From: a virus
Lineage: Duplodnaviria > Caudoviricetes
Length of the DNA: 64,000 bases
Virus record (IMG/VR): IMGVR_UViG_3300025087_000034
Strand: one strand, 5' to 3'
Shown here: one piece after another, positions 64,000-64,000 of the stretch
Numbering within the stretch: position 1 is the first letter of the stretch
Layout: each line of letters begins with the position of its first letter
Notes under the pieces: generated by a model
The model's database searches: none
Told to the model about the DNA's origin: nothing
Seen by the model: only the letters and a program-made list of their open reading frames with translations
Program-made: the position numbers and the translations under genes

Positions 64000-64000
64000 G

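Noticed and set aside
1-64000. Stop-codon reassignment, as in some huge phages
   Set aside because: Code-11 ORFs tile the window densely, conserved enzymes are uninterrupted, and TAA, TAG and TGA all terminate genes
1-64000. Origin as a eukaryotic giant virus (ankyrin, glycosylation genes, zinc-repeat nucleases)
   Set aside because: Shine-Dalgarno sites, overlapping operons, sigma70 promoters and sigma factor, PolA, SSB, RuvB, ClpP and a PG-binding lysin indicate a bacterial virus
1-64000. tRNA genes, group I/II introns, inteins and a TnpA transposase
   Set aside because: No cloverleaf with T-loop GTTCRA, no interrupted polA, nrdJ or helicase, no intein C...HN motifs and no HUH Y1 ORF was seen by eye; a tRNAscan/Infernal run would be needed to exclude them fully

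Overview
This AT-rich window looks like part of a large (probably jumbo) dsDNA bacteriophage genome. It has tightly packed, often overlapping genes in the standard code, sigma70-type promoters, Shine-Dalgarno sites and a peptidoglycan-binding lytic enzyme. No virion structural genes, rRNA, tRNA or CRISPR array were seen. The + strand block (1 to ~41.9 kb) carries a sugar-synthesis/glycosylation cluster (B12 radical SAM, three methyltransferases, acetyltransferase, two NDP-sugar dehydratase/epimerases, three glycosyltransferase-like genes) next to a family A DNA polymerase. It continues with NrdJ, RNase HII, IMPDH/GMPR, PIN-PhoH, a DEDDh exonuclease, a 3D-domain lysin, a Rad52-like annealing protein, an unusual single-AAA Clp ATPase plus ClpP, a divergent ThyX and dUTPase. 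The convergent - strand block carries SSB, an SF2 helicase, RuvB, a sigma factor, a CCA-enzyme-derived HD protein, three pentapeptide-repeat proteins and a Mimivirus-style ankyrin protein. It also holds an expanded phiEco32-like peptide-ligase cluster: two COOH-NH2 ligases, an amidoligase with a 12-Cys insert, and paired intact/degenerate glutamine amidotransferases and ATP-grasps. Selfish elements are abundant. Two intact IscB/omegaRNA elements and a 257-bp derivative all end exactly at a host-gene ATG, and there are three HNH endonucleases, three zinc-repeat PD-(D/E)XK endonucleases and one remnant. All calls come from motif recognition by eye; no database searches or folding programs were run.
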